A stretch of 64,000 nt of DNA from Actinomycetota bacterium (GCA_009886115.1 VFJJ01000036.1:10800-74799), one strand, 5' to 3'. Shown: positions 20,399 to 31,171, counted from the stretch's first letter. Notes: generated by a model from the letters alone, not told the origin. Numbers and translations are program-made.

Positions 20399-21778
20399 AT
20401 GTCGAGATTGCCTGTCGCCCGTCTGAGCCCCGATCATCGGGAGCGGCCGTATTGGCTCGACGGACTCGCGCCGGTTGCGGGGGCCGCCGCCGAGAGCGCC
20501 GCCCCACCCGGCGGCGCCGACGTCGTCGTGATCGGGTCGGGGTACACCGGCGTGACGACGGCGTTGGAGCTCGCTCGACGGGGACGCGAGGTGGTGATCG
20601 TCGAGGAGCACACGGCGGGCTGGGGCGCCAGCACGCGCAACGGCGGCATGGTGCTCCCGGAGCTGAAGGCCGGCTTCGAGGAGCTCGTCGCCGAGCACGG
20701 ACCGACCGAGGCCCACGCGCTCCTCCAGACCGCCGTCGACGCCGTCGAGCTCGTCGACCGGCTCGTGATTCGGGAGCGCATCGAGTGCGGCTGGCGCAAC
20801 TCCGGGCACCTGTACCTCGCGCACCGGGCCGATCGGGTGCCCGGGCTCAAGAGCGAGATCTCGACCTGGACCGACGAGCTGGGCATCGACGCCCGGTTCG
20901 TGGAGCGTGACGAGCTGGCGAGCGAGATCGGCACGCCGGCCTACCACGGAGGACTCCTCGTCAGCCGTGGCGGCGGGATCCACCCCGCCCGCTACCACCA
21001 CGGGCTGCTGCGCGCCGCGCTCGCCGCCGGCGCCCGACTCTGCGAGGGCTTCAAGGTCACCGCGGTCGACCGTCGCGGCTCGCACTTGACGGTGTCGGGT
21101 ACCGCGATGGCCGCCACGGCGGCCGAGCGCAGCAGCGGCAGCGCTGCTGGCACCACCCGTCCCCGATCGGAGATCACCGCTAGCGAGGTCGTCGTCGCGA
21201 CCAACGCCTACACGGGGCGGTTCCTCCCCGAGCTGCACCGGCGCATCATGCCCGTCGGGTCGTTCATGATCGCCACGGAACCGATCGCTCCCGAGCAGGC
21301 CCGCGAGATCAGCCCCAACGACCGCATGTTCTACGACACCAAGAACTTCCTGAACTACTGGAGGCTGTCGCCCGATGGCACTCGTGTGCTCTTCGGCGGC
21401 CGGACGAGCTTCGCTCCCACGACCCTGGCCCGGGCCCGCAACCGGCTCGTCGCCACCATGGTCGCCATCCACCCCCAACTGTCGACGACGTCCGTCACGC
21501 ACTCGTGGGGCGGACAGGTCGCACTCACCCGCGACCGCTTCCCCCACTTCGGCAGAACCAGTGACGGCGTGCGGTACGCGCTCGGCTACAACGGCAGCGG
21601 GATCGCCATGGGGACACTGTTCGGCCACCGCATGGCCGGCTGGATCTGTGGCGACGATCCCCCGCCCTTCGAGGGCTTGGCGTTCCCGGGCCTTCCCGTG
21701 CGTCGAGCGCTTCCCGTCACCCTCCCCGTCGCCGGCGCCTGGTTCTGGCTCCAGGACCACCGAGCGGGCCGTTCATGA
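20399..21778 (+). CDS. FAD-dependent oxidoreductase (DAO family, gamma-glutamylputrescine oxidase-like)
   Basis: ORF 19796..21778(+) trimmed to ATG 20399 ([22 protein letters not shown]...). It has the dinucleotide fold [28 protein letters not shown]. Confidence 0.88.
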   Translation: MSRLPVARLSPDHRERPYWLDGLAPVAGAAAESAAPPGGADVVVIGSGYTGVTTALELARRGREVVIVEEHTAGWGASTRNGGMVLPELKAGFEELVAEHGPTEAHALLQTAVDAVELVDRLVIRERIECGWRNSGHLYLAHRADRVPGLKSEISTWTDELGIDARFVERDELASEIGTPAYHGGLLVSRGGGIHPARYHHGLLRAALAAGARLCEGFKVTAVDRRGSHLTVSGTAMAATAAERSSGSAAGTTRPRSEITASEVVVATNAYTGRFLPELHRRIMPVGSFMIATEPIAPEQAREISPNDRMFYDTKNFLNYWRLSPDGTRVLFGGRTSFAPTTLARARNRLVATMVAIHPQLSTTSVTHSWGGQVALTRDRFPHFGRTSDGVRYALGYNGSGIAMGTLFGHRMAGWICGDDPPPFEGLAFPGLPVRRALPVTLPVAGAWFWLQDHRAGRS

Positions 21779-21857
21779 CGTTCACCATTCGCGAACGCCC
21801 GGTGGCCAGACCTGGCCCGGTCGTCCCGGTGGCGGTACCGTGACGACGGGGGCCGAG

Positions 21858-23030
21858 ATGCCGGACGAGCGTCACGCGGGGGCGATGAGCGACGACGTCA
21901 TTCAGCTCGAACGCGTCGTCAAGCGCTTCGGGGCGTTCGTCGCCGTCGAGAACGCCGACTTCGCCATCGAGCGGGGCGAGTTCTTCTCGCTGCTCGGTCC
22001 GTCAGGCTGCGGCAAGACCACCACGCTGCGGATGATCGCCGGGTTCGAGCAACCGTCCGCGGGCCGCGTGTTGCTCGACGGCGTCGACGTCTCCAACGTG
22101 CCCCCGCACAAGCGCAACGTGAACACGGTCTTCCAGCAGTACGCCCTGTTCCCGCACATGACGGTGTTCGACAACATCGCCTTCGGCCCCCGATCGGCCA
22201 AGGTGCCCAAGGCCGAGATCGATCGTCGGGTAGGCGAGATCCTCGAGGTCGTCCGCCTCGGAGAGTTCTGGCGGCGCAGCCCGAGCCAGCTCTCCGGTGG
22301 CCAGCAACAACGGGTGGCGCTGGCCCGGGCACTGGTCAACTATCCGAGCGCGTTGCTCCTCGACGAGCCCCTCGGCGCGCTCGACCTGAAGCTGCGCCAG
22401 GCCCTCCAGATCGAGCTCAAACGCATCCAACGGGAGGTGGGCATCACGTTCGTCTACGTGACCCACGACCAGGAGGAGGCGCTCACGATGTCCGACCGCA
22501 TCGCGGTCATGAACAAGGGACGGGTCGAGCAGATCGCGACGCCTCGCGACATCTACGACAACCCGGCGACGCTGTTCGTCGCGGGCTTCATCGGCGCTGC
22601 GAACCTCCTGGGCGGCACCGTCGTTCGCGCCGACGGGCACGGCGGCTCGATCGCGCTCAGCGCCGGCCCGACCGTCGAGGCGGTGCTGGAGCCCAGCTTG
22701 GCGCTCAAGAGCGGCGACACCGTGACGGTGATGGTGCGGCCCGACCGGATCCGCCTGGCCGGACCCGCCCTCGGCGATGCCCAGGCGCCGCGAATCGCTG
22801 GCCGGGTCGAGACCCTCGTGTTCCACGGGCCGCTGCTCCGCGTCGACATCCGCACCGCGAGCGGCTCAATCGTCAGCGCCCATCTGGGGACCGACGTCGC
22901 CATCGCCGACCTCCGCCCTGGCGACGACGCGGCGCTCACCTGGGATCCCACCCACAGTGTCGTCATCCCCGACTACAAAGCTGATCCCGTCAGTGGAATC
23001 GGCGCCACGGAAGGAATCGAGAGCACATGA
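21858..23030 (+). CDS. potA: spermidine/putrescine-type ABC transporter ATP-binding protein
   Basis: ORF 21375..23030(+) trimmed to ATG 21858 (alternative ATG 21885, [11 protein letters not shown]). It has Walker [10 protein letters not shown], signature [15 protein letters not shown], Walker [12 protein letters not shown] and a C-terminal TOBE-like region. Confidence 0.9.
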   Translation: MPDERHAGAMSDDVIQLERVVKRFGAFVAVENADFAIERGEFFSLLGPSGCGKTTTLRMIAGFEQPSAGRVLLDGVDVSNVPPHKRNVNTVFQQYALFPHMTVFDNIAFGPRSAKVPKAEIDRRVGEILEVVRLGEFWRRSPSQLSGGQQQRVALARALVNYPSALLLDEPLGALDLKLRQALQIELKRIQREVGITFVYVTHDQEEALTMSDRIAVMNKGRVEQIATPRDIYDNPATLFVAGFIGAANLLGGTVVRADGHGGSIALSAGPTVEAVLEPSLALKSGDTVTVMVRPDRIRLAGPALGDAQAPRIAGRVETLVFHGPLLRVDIRTASGSIVSAHLGTDVAIADLRPGDDAALTWDPTHSVVIPDYKADPVSGIGATEGIEST

Positions 23031-24232
23031 CCAAGCACCCGTTCCACGCCCCCGTCCCCCGCATGACGCCCGAGCGGCTCGCCCGGCGTGCATTCCTCCG
23101 CCGGTCGGGGCTCGTCGTCGGTGGACTCGCCGCAGCGCCATGGCTCCTCGCGGCCTGCGGGGGCGACGACGACGACACCGGCGGCGCCACAGGTGGTGGC
23201 GGCGGTGGTGGGACCGTCAGGATCTCCAACTGGCCCTTCTACATCGATGCCGACGACGCGGGCGATCCGAGCAAGGGCCAAACCATTCCCGGCTTCGAGG
23301 CACTCAGCGGATATGACGTCGTCTACGACGAGCTGGTCAACGACAACGACGAGTGGTTCGCCAAGTTCTCGCCCGACCTCGCCGCGGGCAATCCCATCGG
23401 CCTCGACATCGCGGTGCTCACCACGTGGATGGTCGAACGCCTCATCGGGCTCGGCTATCTCGAGGAACTCGACATGGCAAACCTCCCCAACGTCGCCAAC
23501 CTCGATCCGGTCCATGCCGCGGTGGCCTGGGACCCGGGACGGCGCTTCAGCCTGCCGTGGGCATCGGGCCTGGGAGGCATCGCCTACAACCCCACCAGGA
23601 CCGGCCGCGCCATCACCAGCGTCAGCGACCTCTTCGACCCCGAGTTCGCCGGCCACGTCACGGTCCTGACGGAGATGCGCGACACCCTGGGCCTCACGAT
23701 GCTCAGCATGGGCATCGACGTGACGGCGTGCACGCCGGCCGACGCACAAGCTGCGGCGGCCAAGCTCAAGGCCGCCACCGAGGCCGGGCAGTTCCGCCGA
23801 GCCACCGGCAACGACTACGTGGCCGATCTCCTCACCGGCGACACCTGGCTCGCCGTCGCCTGGTCGGGCGACATCATCTCGGCCCAGCTCGAGGATCCCG
23901 ACCTGATATGGATCGCCCCCGACGAGGGAACGATGCTGTTCACCGACACGATGATCATCCCCCGGGGCGCGGCGAACAAGGCCGGCGCCGAGGCCTGGAT
24001 GAACCACGTCTACGACCCGGCCATCTCGGCGCAGATCTTCGCGTACACGCAGTACCAGTCGCCCGTGGTCGGTACCAAGGAGAAGATCACCGAGCTCGAC
24101 CCGGCGTTGGCCGAGAACCCGTTGATCTTCCCGCCGGCCGATGTCCAGGCACGCACCTTCACGTTCAAGACACTCAGCGACGAGGAGCAGATCGAGTTCA
24201 CGACACTGTTCCAAGACTCGATCCAGGCCTGA
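23027..24232 (+). CDS. potD: polyamine-type ABC transporter substrate-binding lipoprotein
   Basis: ORF 23027..24232(+). The ATGA overlaps the potA stop. It has the Tat-like RRAFLRRSG motif and lipobox LLAAC, with PotD/PotF-like length. Confidence 0.88.
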   Translation: MTKHPFHAPVPRMTPERLARRAFLRRSGLVVGGLAAAPWLLAACGGDDDDTGGATGGGGGGGTVRISNWPFYIDADDAGDPSKGQTIPGFEALSGYDVVYDELVNDNDEWFAKFSPDLAAGNPIGLDIAVLTTWMVERLIGLGYLEELDMANLPNVANLDPVHAAVAWDPGRRFSLPWASGLGGIAYNPTRTGRAITSVSDLFDPEFAGHVTVLTEMRDTLGLTMLSMGIDVTACTPADAQAAAAKLKAATEAGQFRRATGNDYVADLLTGDTWLAVAWSGDIISAQLEDPDLIWIAPDEGTMLFTDTMIIPRGAANKAGAEAWMNHVYDPAISAQIFAYTQYQSPVVGTKEKITELDPALAENPLIFPPADVQARTFTFKTLSDEEQIEFTTLFQDSIQA

Positions 24233-24238
24233 GCCGTC

Positions 24239-25207
24239 GTGGTGCGCCCAGCCACCCGGGCCGGCCGGATCGAGCGTCGCATCGCCCGGGCCGAGAGGGG
24301 CCCCGCCGACGCGGTCGACGCCGGGCCGTCCCGGCGTGGTCGGCGGTCGACTCCCTATCTGCTCGTCGGGCCCGGCGTCGCCTGGCTGGTGCTGCTGTTC
24401 GTCGTGCCCTTGGGCTCGTTGCTCGTGACGTCGCTCAAGACCGGGAGCTTCGCCGAGGGCTTCGAGACGGCCGTCCGACTGCGGAACTACAGCGACGCCC
24501 TGAGCGAGTCGTGGGAGGCGATCAAGCGATCGTTCGTCTTCGCCCTCGTGGCCACGCTCGCCGCAGCAGCCATCGGCTATCCCCTCGCCTACGTGATCGC
24601 CTTCCGCGGCGGTCGGTACAAGGGTCTGCTGCTCGGCTTGGTGGTACTGCCGTTCTTCACGTCGTTCCTGATGCGGACGCTGGCGTGGAAGACGATCCTG
24701 TCCGACAGCGGAACGCTCAACACGACCGTTGACCGCCTGCACCTGTTCGGCGCGCTCGAGTTCCTGCGCCTCGTCCCCGAAGGCTCAGATCGTCTGCTCC
24801 AGACCAACATCGCGGTCATCGGCGGGCTCACCTACAACTTCTTGCCGTTCATGGTGCTGCCGATCTACGTGAGCTTGGAGAAGATCGACCGTCGGCTCGT
24901 GGAAGCGGCCCGCGACCTGTACTCGAACGCCTTCCGGGCCTTCCGCAAGGTCGTGCTACCCCTGTCGATCCCGGGTGTGATGGCGGGGAGCCTGCTCACG
25001 TTCATCCCCGCGGCCGGCGATTTCGTCAACGCCGAGCTCCTCGGTGGGCCCCAGCAGACGATGGTCGGCAATCGCATCCAGTCACGGTTCTTCGAGCAGG
25101 TCGACTATCCGGCTGCAGCCTCGTTGTCGTTCGTGCTGATGGCGCTGATCCTCATCGGGGTGTTGTTGTACGCCCGCTTGCTCGGCACCGAAGAGCTGAC
25201 GGGGTGA
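24239..25207 (+). CDS. potB: ABC transporter permease (PotB-like)
   Basis: ORF 24239..25207(+), GTG start. It has 6 TM helices and the EAA-type loop (LVEAARDLYSNAFRAFRKVVLPL). Confidence 0.88.
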   Translation: MVRPATRAGRIERRIARAERGPADAVDAGPSRRGRRSTPYLLVGPGVAWLVLLFVVPLGSLLVTSLKTGSFAEGFETAVRLRNYSDALSESWEAIKRSFVFALVATLAAAAIGYPLAYVIAFRGGRYKGLLLGLVVLPFFTSFLMRTLAWKTILSDSGTLNTTVDRLHLFGALEFLRLVPEGSDRLLQTNIAVIGGLTYNFLPFMVLPIYVSLEKIDRRLVEAARDLYSNAFRAFRKVVLPLSIPGVMAGSLLTFIPAAGDFVNAELLGGPQQTMVGNRIQSRFFEQVDYPAAASLSFVLMALILIGVLLYARLLGTEELTG

Positions 25208-25222
25208 CGGGGTGAGCGGCCG

Positions 25223-26017
25223 ATGACCGTCCTGCGCCGCCTCGCCCCCCGCCTGCTCGACGCCTGGGCCGGCGTCGCGCTGCTCTACCTGTTCACGCCG
25301 ATCTTCGTGATCGTGGCGTTCAGCTTCAACGACACCGGCCGCTTCAACCTGATCTGGCAAGGGTTTTCTCTCGACGCGTGGAAGCAGTGGACCGACAGTG
25401 AACCGCTCACCGACGCGCTCACCCTGAGCATCAAGGTCGCCGCCGTGTCGACGCTCGCCGCGACCGTGCTCGGCTCGCTCATCGCGCTCGCGCTCGTCCG
25501 GCACCGCTTCACCGGCAGCGGCGTCACCAACCTCCTGCTCGTGCTCCCGCTCACGACGCCCGAGGTCGTGCTGGGCTCGTCGCTGCTCAGCCTGTTCATC
25601 GACCTCGGCGTGTCACGGGGCTTCTGGACGATCGTCGTGGCCCACACGCTGTTCTGCGTGAGCTACGTCGCGGTCACGGTCAAGGCCCGCATCCGGGGCT
25701 TCGACTGGACCCTCGAGGATGCCGCCATGGATCTGGGCGCCGCGCCCCTGCGGACCTTCCGGCTGGTCACGTTCCCGTTGATCCTCCCCGGGATCGTCGC
25801 CGCCGCCCTGTTGTCGTTCGCCCTGTCGATCGACGACTTCATCATCACGTTCTTCAACTCCGGCAACGAGCAGACGTTCCCGCTCTACATCTACGCGCAA
25901 CAACGCCGCGGGCTCGGCCCCGAGGTGAACGTCGTGGCCACGCTGGTCCTCGTCGTCAGCTTCGGCCTGTCGATCGCCTCGGTTGTCGTGCAACGTCTCC
26001 GTGCCCGCCCGGCGTGA
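25223..26017 (+). CDS. potC: ABC transporter permease (PotC-like)
   Basis: ORF 25223..26017(+). It has 6 TM helices and the EAA loop (LEDAAMDLGAAPLRTFRLVTFPL). Confidence 0.88.
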   Translation: MTVLRRLAPRLLDAWAGVALLYLFTPIFVIVAFSFNDTGRFNLIWQGFSLDAWKQWTDSEPLTDALTLSIKVAAVSTLAATVLGSLIALALVRHRFTGSGVTNLLLVLPLTTPEVVLGSSLLSLFIDLGVSRGFWTIVVAHTLFCVSYVAVTVKARIRGFDWTLEDAAMDLGAAPLRTFRLVTFPLILPGIVAAALLSFALSIDDFIITFFNSGNEQTFPLYIYAQQRRGLGPEVNVVATLVLVVSFGLSIASVVVQRLRARPA

Positions 26018-26037
26018 GGGCGCGACGACGCGTCACG

Positions 26038-27453
26038 CTACCGAGAGCGACCGGCTGCGACGACGACCTCGCCACACCGGCGCCCCGAGTGCATCGCACC
26101 CTGGATCGACGGTGTGTCGCGGTGATCGCCGCACACGAACACGTCGGGCCTCAGCGCGACAGGCTGCTTGGGGTGCAGGGGCGGGCTGCTGTCGGGCTGG
26201 GCATGGGCGATGTAGTCGGTGCGCAGGTGTCGCCAACTCGCCACCTGCGGACCCCACCACCCGCTCAGCTGGCGCCTCACCGCCCGTTCCAGGTCATCGG
26301 TGGCGATCGCTTCGGTGCGCAGATCGTCCCCCACCGGCTGCGGACATGCTGCTGCGATCAACGCCCGACCGCCGTGCCCGTCGCTCCCGTCGCTCCCGTC
26401 GCTCCCTCGACGCCCGCCGCTGCGGTCACTGCCGTCACTGCCGTCACTGCCGCGCAGGTCGTACTCGGGCGCCACGTTGGTCATGACGGCCACGTTCAAG
26501 GCCGGTCCTCGCCCCGTGCCGTCGAGAACGATGAGCTTGTCGGCGATCGGCCGTTTCGGCGCAGCGAACCAGACGCATTCCACGGCCCGGGAGGTCACCA
26601 TGGGGAGCCCGAGAAGCCGGGATGCCGTCGGACCGTCGGTCGCGACGACCACGCTCGCGGCGCAGATCACCTGCCCGCCAGCAGTGGTGACCGACCCGGG
26701 CTCGATCCGCTCGACCCGGGTCTCGATGTGGACGGCCCCCGGCGCCAGACCTGCCTCAAGCTGATCGGGGATCGCCTGCATCCCTGCCGCGGGCACGGCG
26801 ACGTGCCCGACCGTCAAGCAGCGGAGGATCACGTCGAACATGCGCCGGCTGGTGGTGAGCCGAGGGTCCAGCTGGATTCCCCCGAACAGTGGACGGAAGA
26901 ACCGGTCGATCATGGTCTCGCTGAACCCCAACTCCCGCAAGGCCTCGAGGGTCGAGATGTCAGGGCCCCGGAGCAGCCGTACAGGGTCGGCGAGGCGTAG
27001 CCGACGCTGGAGCTGGGCCAGGCGCCACTTGTCGACGATGCTGCCGATGGGAGCTCGGGCCGAGCTCACGACACTGGTGGGCATGCGTCTCGGATCGCCG
27101 ACCAGGTGGGTCCGCCGCCCGAGCCAGACCAGTGCGCCGGGGTCGAACCGGCGGAGTCGCAGTGATGAGACGTCGAGCTGCCGCTCGAGCTCGGGGTAGG
27201 CGGTGAGGACCACCTGAAATCCCCGGTCGAGCCGGAACCCGTCGACGATGTCGGTTCGTACCCGCCCACCGACGGCGTCGGCGGCCTCGAGAACCACGAC
27301 GTCTCGCCCCGCCTCGTGGAGCACCCGGGCAGCGGCCAAGCCGGCCAGGCCAGCGCCGATGACCACCACATCGGCCCGCTCGGGCAAGGGTCGGTTCATC
27401 GCTTGGACGTGTTCCTCGCACTGGTGCAGGTTGGCCGGAGCATCCTCGCTCAT
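26038..27453 (-). CDS. NAD(P)/FAD-dependent amine-oxidase/desaturase-family oxidoreductase
   Basis: ORF 26038..27453(-). It has VVVIGAGLAGLAAARVLHEAGRDVVVLEAADAVGGR. Alternative start ATG 27399 (MNRPLPER...) has GAGGAA 12 nt upstream. Confidence 0.85.
   Translation of the reverse strand: MSEDAPANLHQCEEHVQAMNRPLPERADVVVIGAGLAGLAAARVLHEAGRDVVVLEAADAVGGRVRTDIVDGFRLDRGFQVVLTAYPELERQLDVSSLRLRRFDPGALVWLGRRTHLVGDPRRMPTSVVSSARAPIGSIVDKWRLAQLQRRLRLADPVRLLRGPDISTLEALRELGFSETMIDRFFRPLFGGIQLDPRLTTSRRMFDVILRCLTVGHVAVPAAGMQAIPDQLEAGLAPGAVHIETRVERIEPGSVTTAGGQVICAASVVVATDGPTASRLLGLPMVTSRAVECVWFAAPKRPIADKLIVLDGTGRGPALNVAVMTNVAPEYDLRGSDGSDGSDRSGGRRGSDGSDGSDGHGGRALIAAACPQPVGDDLRTEAIATDDLERAVRRQLSGWWGPQVASWRHLRTDYIAHAQPDSSPPLHPKQPVALRPDVFVCGDHRDTPSIQGAMHSGRRCGEVVVAAGRSR
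26377..26448. repeat. two in-frame 9-bp tandem arrays (CCCGTCGCT x3 and GCCGTCACT x3)
   Basis: Read directly at 26377-26403 and 26422-26448. Together they encode GSDGSDGSDRSGGRRGSDGSDGSDG inside the amine-oxidase-family protein. Confidence 0.9.
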
Positions 27454-27555
27454 CGGGCACCGCCGCGCCTGCTCGGCCCGTCGCGCGCTCGACGTGGGAC
27501 GTCCCTCCAGACGCAGCCGATGTCGATCGCGCGCCCGACTGCGTAGAGTCGTCTC

Positions 27556-28893
27556 GTGGTGTCGGTGATGGTCTTCACGAGAGATCTCCGCGTCAGGGAC
27601 AATCAGGCGCTCGTCGCTGCGGCATCGGGCGGCCCGGTGATACCGCTGTTCGTCGTCGACGAGTCGCTCGGAGCCGCCGCTGCGTCTCCCAACCGTGTCA
27701 CGTTCTTGCGCCAGTCGCTGTCCGACCTCGACGAGTCAGTGCGCTCAGCCGGCGCTGGCCTCGTGCTCCGAAGGGGCCGGTGGGTCGACGAGGTGCTCAC
27801 CATGGCGCGTCTCGGTGCCGCGACGTCGATCCACGTCGCTGACGACGTGAGCAGCTTCGCGACCACGAGGCTGGCCCGTCTCGAGCACGAGGCACGGTCG
27901 ATGGGCGTCGTCGTCGTTCGCCATCCGGGCACGGTGGTCGTTCCCCCGGGGTCGATCTCTCCGTCGAGCGGTGGAGAGTACAAGGTGTTCAGCCCCTATC
28001 ACCGGCGGTGGCTCGGCACACCTTGGCGCCCCGTCGTCGCCCGGCCAGAGCGTCTCGAGCACGTCCCGGGAGTCGACGTCGGGTCGCTCGACGAGCTCCT
28101 CCCGGCACGCACCGGCGCCCCGGGCCTCATCCACGGGGGAGAGGGTGCAGCGCTGGCCCGGTTGGACACGTGGGCTTCATCGAGTCTGCACGCGTACGCG
28201 GACCTCCATGATGATCTCGCCCGCGCTGCGACCTCTCAGCTCTCGCCGTATCTCCACTTCGGTTGTCTCTCCCCGTTGGAGGTGGCGGTACGCCTGCGCG
28301 ATCGCGTCGGTGGGAGCCAGTTCGTGCGGCAGATCTGCTGGCGGGACTTCTTCCACCAGATCCTGGCGGTCCGTCCCGACGCGGCCCGGGCCGACTATCG
28401 CCATCGAGGTGACCGTTGGCTCGACGACGACGAATCCCTCGCGGCGTGGAAGGACGGTCGCACCGGGTATCCGGTCGTCGACGCCGGAATGCGCCAGCTC
28501 GCCACCGAAGGCTTCATGCACAACCGGGCGCGCATGATCGTGGCGTCGTTCCTGACCAAGGACCTCGCGCTCGATTGGAGACACGGGGCTCGCCACTTCA
28601 TGGAGCATCTCGTGGACGCCGACGTGGCCAACAACCAGCTGAACTGGCAGTGGGTCGCCGGCACGGGAACCGACTCCAACCCCCACAGGATCTTCAACCC
28701 GACCACCCAGGGCCGGCGTTTCGATCCCGGGGGCGCGTACATCCGTCGCCACGTGCCCGAGTTGGCTGCGGTGAGCGGCTCGATGATCCACGATCCCACG
28801 CTCGACGTCCGCCGGGCCCACGGTTACGTGGCCCCGCTCGTCGACCATCACGAGGCCATCGCCGCGTACCGCGCTCGGAAGCGCACATCCTGA
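27556..28893 (+). CDS. phr: deoxyribodipyrimidine photolyase (cryptochrome/photolyase family)
   Basis: ORF 27556..28893(+), alternative ATG 27568. N-terminal FTRDLRVRDNQAL; the FAD-binding signature WQWVAGTGTDSNPHRIFNPTTQGRRFDPGGAYIRRHVPEL. Confidence 0.92.
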   Translation: MVSVMVFTRDLRVRDNQALVAAASGGPVIPLFVVDESLGAAAASPNRVTFLRQSLSDLDESVRSAGAGLVLRRGRWVDEVLTMARLGAATSIHVADDVSSFATTRLARLEHEARSMGVVVVRHPGTVVVPPGSISPSSGGEYKVFSPYHRRWLGTPWRPVVARPERLEHVPGVDVGSLDELLPARTGAPGLIHGGEGAALARLDTWASSSLHAYADLHDDLARAATSQLSPYLHFGCLSPLEVAVRLRDRVGGSQFVRQICWRDFFHQILAVRPDAARADYRHRGDRWLDDDESLAAWKDGRTGYPVVDAGMRQLATEGFMHNRARMIVASFLTKDLALDWRHGARHFMEHLVDADVANNQLNWQWVAGTGTDSNPHRIFNPTTQGRRFDPGGAYIRRHVPELAAVSGSMIHDPTLDVRRAHGYVAPLVDHHEAIAAYRARKRTS

Positions 28894-28916
28894 TCTGTTC
28901 TGGGCGTGCGCTTCCG
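28876..28916. terminator. 11-bp perfect-stem hairpin between convergent phr and aminotransferase genes
   Basis: CGGAAGCGCAC-N19-GTGCGCTTCCG. The left arm overlaps the last phr codons (stop 28891-28893). There is no U-tract. Confidence 0.45.
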
Positions 28917-28941
28917 GCGACCTACGAAGCGAGGGGAAGGC

Positions 28942-30309
28942 TCAGACGGTGAGGGCCTCGGCGAAGTCGGCGAAGGCCTCGATGTAGCGGTCGACATCTT
29001 CGGTCGTGTGCTGCACCGAAACCGTCCACTGCTCCTCGTCGCCTGGGGTCATGAAGATCCCGCGGTTCACGAGCCACGGCCAGGACGCCGCGAACAGCTC
29101 GACGTGGCACTCGAGGAAGTCGCGGTAGTTCGTGAGGGGCTCGCGCCGGTACGACACGCAGCCCTTGGCGCCGAGGTCGACGACGTGCGCCGGGAGGTCG
29201 TAGTGCTCGATGACCTGACGACAGCCGGCGTCGAGCCGGTCGCCCAACAGCTCGAGGTAGAGGTAAGCGTCGGGTGTCAACACCTCGGTGAGGGTGGCGA
29301 CACCGGCGGCCGAGACCAGCGGATTCCCGTTGTAGGTGCCGAGCTGGGCGACGCCGTTGCCGATCATCTCCATGAGATCGGCCCGTCCGCCGAAGGCCGC
29401 AGTGGGCACCCCTCCGGCGATGGCCTTGGCCACACACACGAGATCGGGCTGGACGCCGTAGAGCTCGGTGGCTCCGCCGGCGGCGATCGTGACGCCCGAC
29501 TTCACCTCGTCGAAGATGAGGACGATGCCGAAACGCGTGCACAGCTCGCGGACCTTCTCGAGGTACCCGGGCAGGGGCGGGATCAGCCCGATGTTCATCA
29601 TCACCGGTTCCATGATGAGACAGGCGATCTCGGGCGCGTGGTCGACGAACATCGACTCGAGCGCGGCGGCGTCGTTGAACGGCACCACGCGCACATGGTC
29701 GGCGGCGTCGGCCGGGATGCCCATCGACATCGGGGTCCGCGCCGGTCGCTCACGCCCGCCCATGCTGTCGGAGTTGGGAACGACCGAGAACATCACGGCG
29801 TCGTGGTGGCCGTGGTACGAGCCCTCGATCTTGCACACCGTGTCGCGACCGGTGGCCGCACGGGCGAGGCGGATGGCGTCGGCAGTGGCTTCGGTGCCGG
29901 AGTTGGCGAAGCGCACGAGATCGAGGCGGAATCGACGGCACAGCTCCTCGGCGAAGCGCACGGTGATCTCGGTGGGAGCCGCGAAATGGGTCCCCGTGGC
30001 CGCGGCCCGGGTGATGGCCTCGACGACCTTCGGGTGAGCATGGCCCACGACGTTGGCGCCGAAGCCGCCGTGCATGTCGACGTACTCGGTACCGTCGACG
30101 TCCCACACGTGGCTGCCCTGACCCCGGGCGACGTAGAGGGGGTACGGCTTCCAGGCCTGAAATGAAGAAGCCACCCCCAACGGGAGTGACTGGACGGCCC
30201 GCTCGTAGAGCAAGGCGGAGGCGGGGGTTCGTGCGAGCAGGGCTTCGGTCTCGTGCTCGCAGATCTGTTTGGCACGTTCGCTGGTGCTTCGGACCAACAT
30301 GGTCGACAT
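28942..30309 (-). CDS. class-III (omega) aminotransferase, PLP-dependent
   Basis: ORF 28942..30426(-) trimmed to ATG 30309 (MSTMLVRSTSERAK...), with AGGAG RBS 7 nt upstream. Motifs: ANSGTEATADAIRLAR and FDEVKSG (PLP lysine). Confidence 0.9.
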   Translation of the reverse strand: MSTMLVRSTSERAKQICEHETEALLARTPASALLYERAVQSLPLGVASSFQAWKPYPLYVARGQGSHVWDVDGTEYVDMHGGFGANVVGHAHPKVVEAITRAAATGTHFAAPTEITVRFAEELCRRFRLDLVRFANSGTEATADAIRLARAATGRDTVCKIEGSYHGHHDAVMFSVVPNSDSMGGRERPARTPMSMGIPADAADHVRVVPFNDAAALESMFVDHAPEIACLIMEPVMMNIGLIPPLPGYLEKVRELCTRFGIVLIFDEVKSGVTIAAGGATELYGVQPDLVCVAKAIAGGVPTAAFGGRADLMEMIGNGVAQLGTYNGNPLVSAAGVATLTEVLTPDAYLYLELLGDRLDAGCRQVIEHYDLPAHVVDLGAKGCVSYRREPLTNYRDFLECHVELFAASWPWLVNRGIFMTPGDEEQWTVSVQHTTEDVDRYIEAFADFAEALTV

Positions 30310-30485
30310 CACGAGGCTCCTGGCCGTCGATGGCTGCCGGCCCGGAAGATCGTGGACACGACCGGCATTCGGAACCGACCACCCGGCGTGATGCCGGGAG
30401 TCGGCGGGCGGGTGAACGCCGCCCATGCATCCGTCGTCTCGATGGCCCCGACGTCTGTCGGATACATCGACACGACGGATTCCAC

Positions 30486-30515
30486 ACTATAGCTGGACTT
30501 CTTCGATGGAATCAA
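30486..30515 (-). promoter_or_regulatory. near-consensus sigma70-type promoter upstream of the aminotransferase gene
   Basis: Minus strand reads TTGATT-N18-TATAGT, in an AT-richer patch. It would give a leader of about 170 nt to the ATG at 30309. Confidence 0.4.
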
Positions 30516-30549
30516 TCGCCTTGACCACGAAATCGTGCGATTCGTCGGC

Positions 30550-30978
30550 TCAGCGAAGCCCGAGTTGGCGCGAGCAGGAGCTCCACTGACGCCATCCGCC
30601 ACTGTCGAGGATCCGGCGGGCGACGACGATCTGCTGCTCACGCGTGGCCCGGCTCGGGAGCGCCGCGAACTCGGTTCCGCGATGTCTGCGCCAGGTGCCA
30701 CGCATGATCTGGAGCCCTCCGCCGAAGCGCGAGCCCTGGATGTGCCAGCGCTGCCCCGACTCGCACTGGGCCATGGCGTCCCACACCGGCCAGTCGAGTG
30801 CGGGGGCGAGGCGCTCGTCGAACAACGCCGCGGCCACCTCGACGGACTCGGGCACGACAGGGATCGGTGACGGGGCTGGCGGCGCCTCTTGGGCACCGGC
30901 CAGGGAGGCCGATCCGATCACCGCGAGCAGGGTCGAGACCGACAACAGCAGGGCAGACACAGCAGAACGAACGCGCAC
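30550..30978 (-). CDS. Rpf-like secreted transglycosylase-like domain protein
   Basis: ORF 30550..31194(-) trimmed to GTG 30978 (VRVRSAVSALLLSVSTLLAVIGSASLAGA..., a signal peptide), with GAGGAG RBS 7 nt upstream. It has the transglycosylase-like core WDAMAQCESGQRWHI...GGLQI...TW...ATREQQI. Confidence 0.85.
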   Translation of the reverse strand: MRVRSAVSALLLSVSTLLAVIGSASLAGAQEAPPAPSPIPVVPESVEVAAALFDERLAPALDWPVWDAMAQCESGQRWHIQGSRFGGGLQIMRGTWRRHRGTEFAALPSRATREQQIVVARRILDSGGWRQWSSCSRQLGLR

Positions 30979-31171
30979 AGGCGAGCTCCTCGACTTGAGA
31001 GACAGGTGACCGCCACCGGAACAAGCTCGGCTGCCGTCGCATCGAATCGACGCGAGAGCTGCTCGGAGCGTTCGGCACGAGCGAACGGCCGCTCCACTCG
31101 CCGACGTTCGGGCCAGGCACAAGGGGAACGCCTCGACCGTAGTCGGGACGATGTCGCATTGGGCGGGATTG

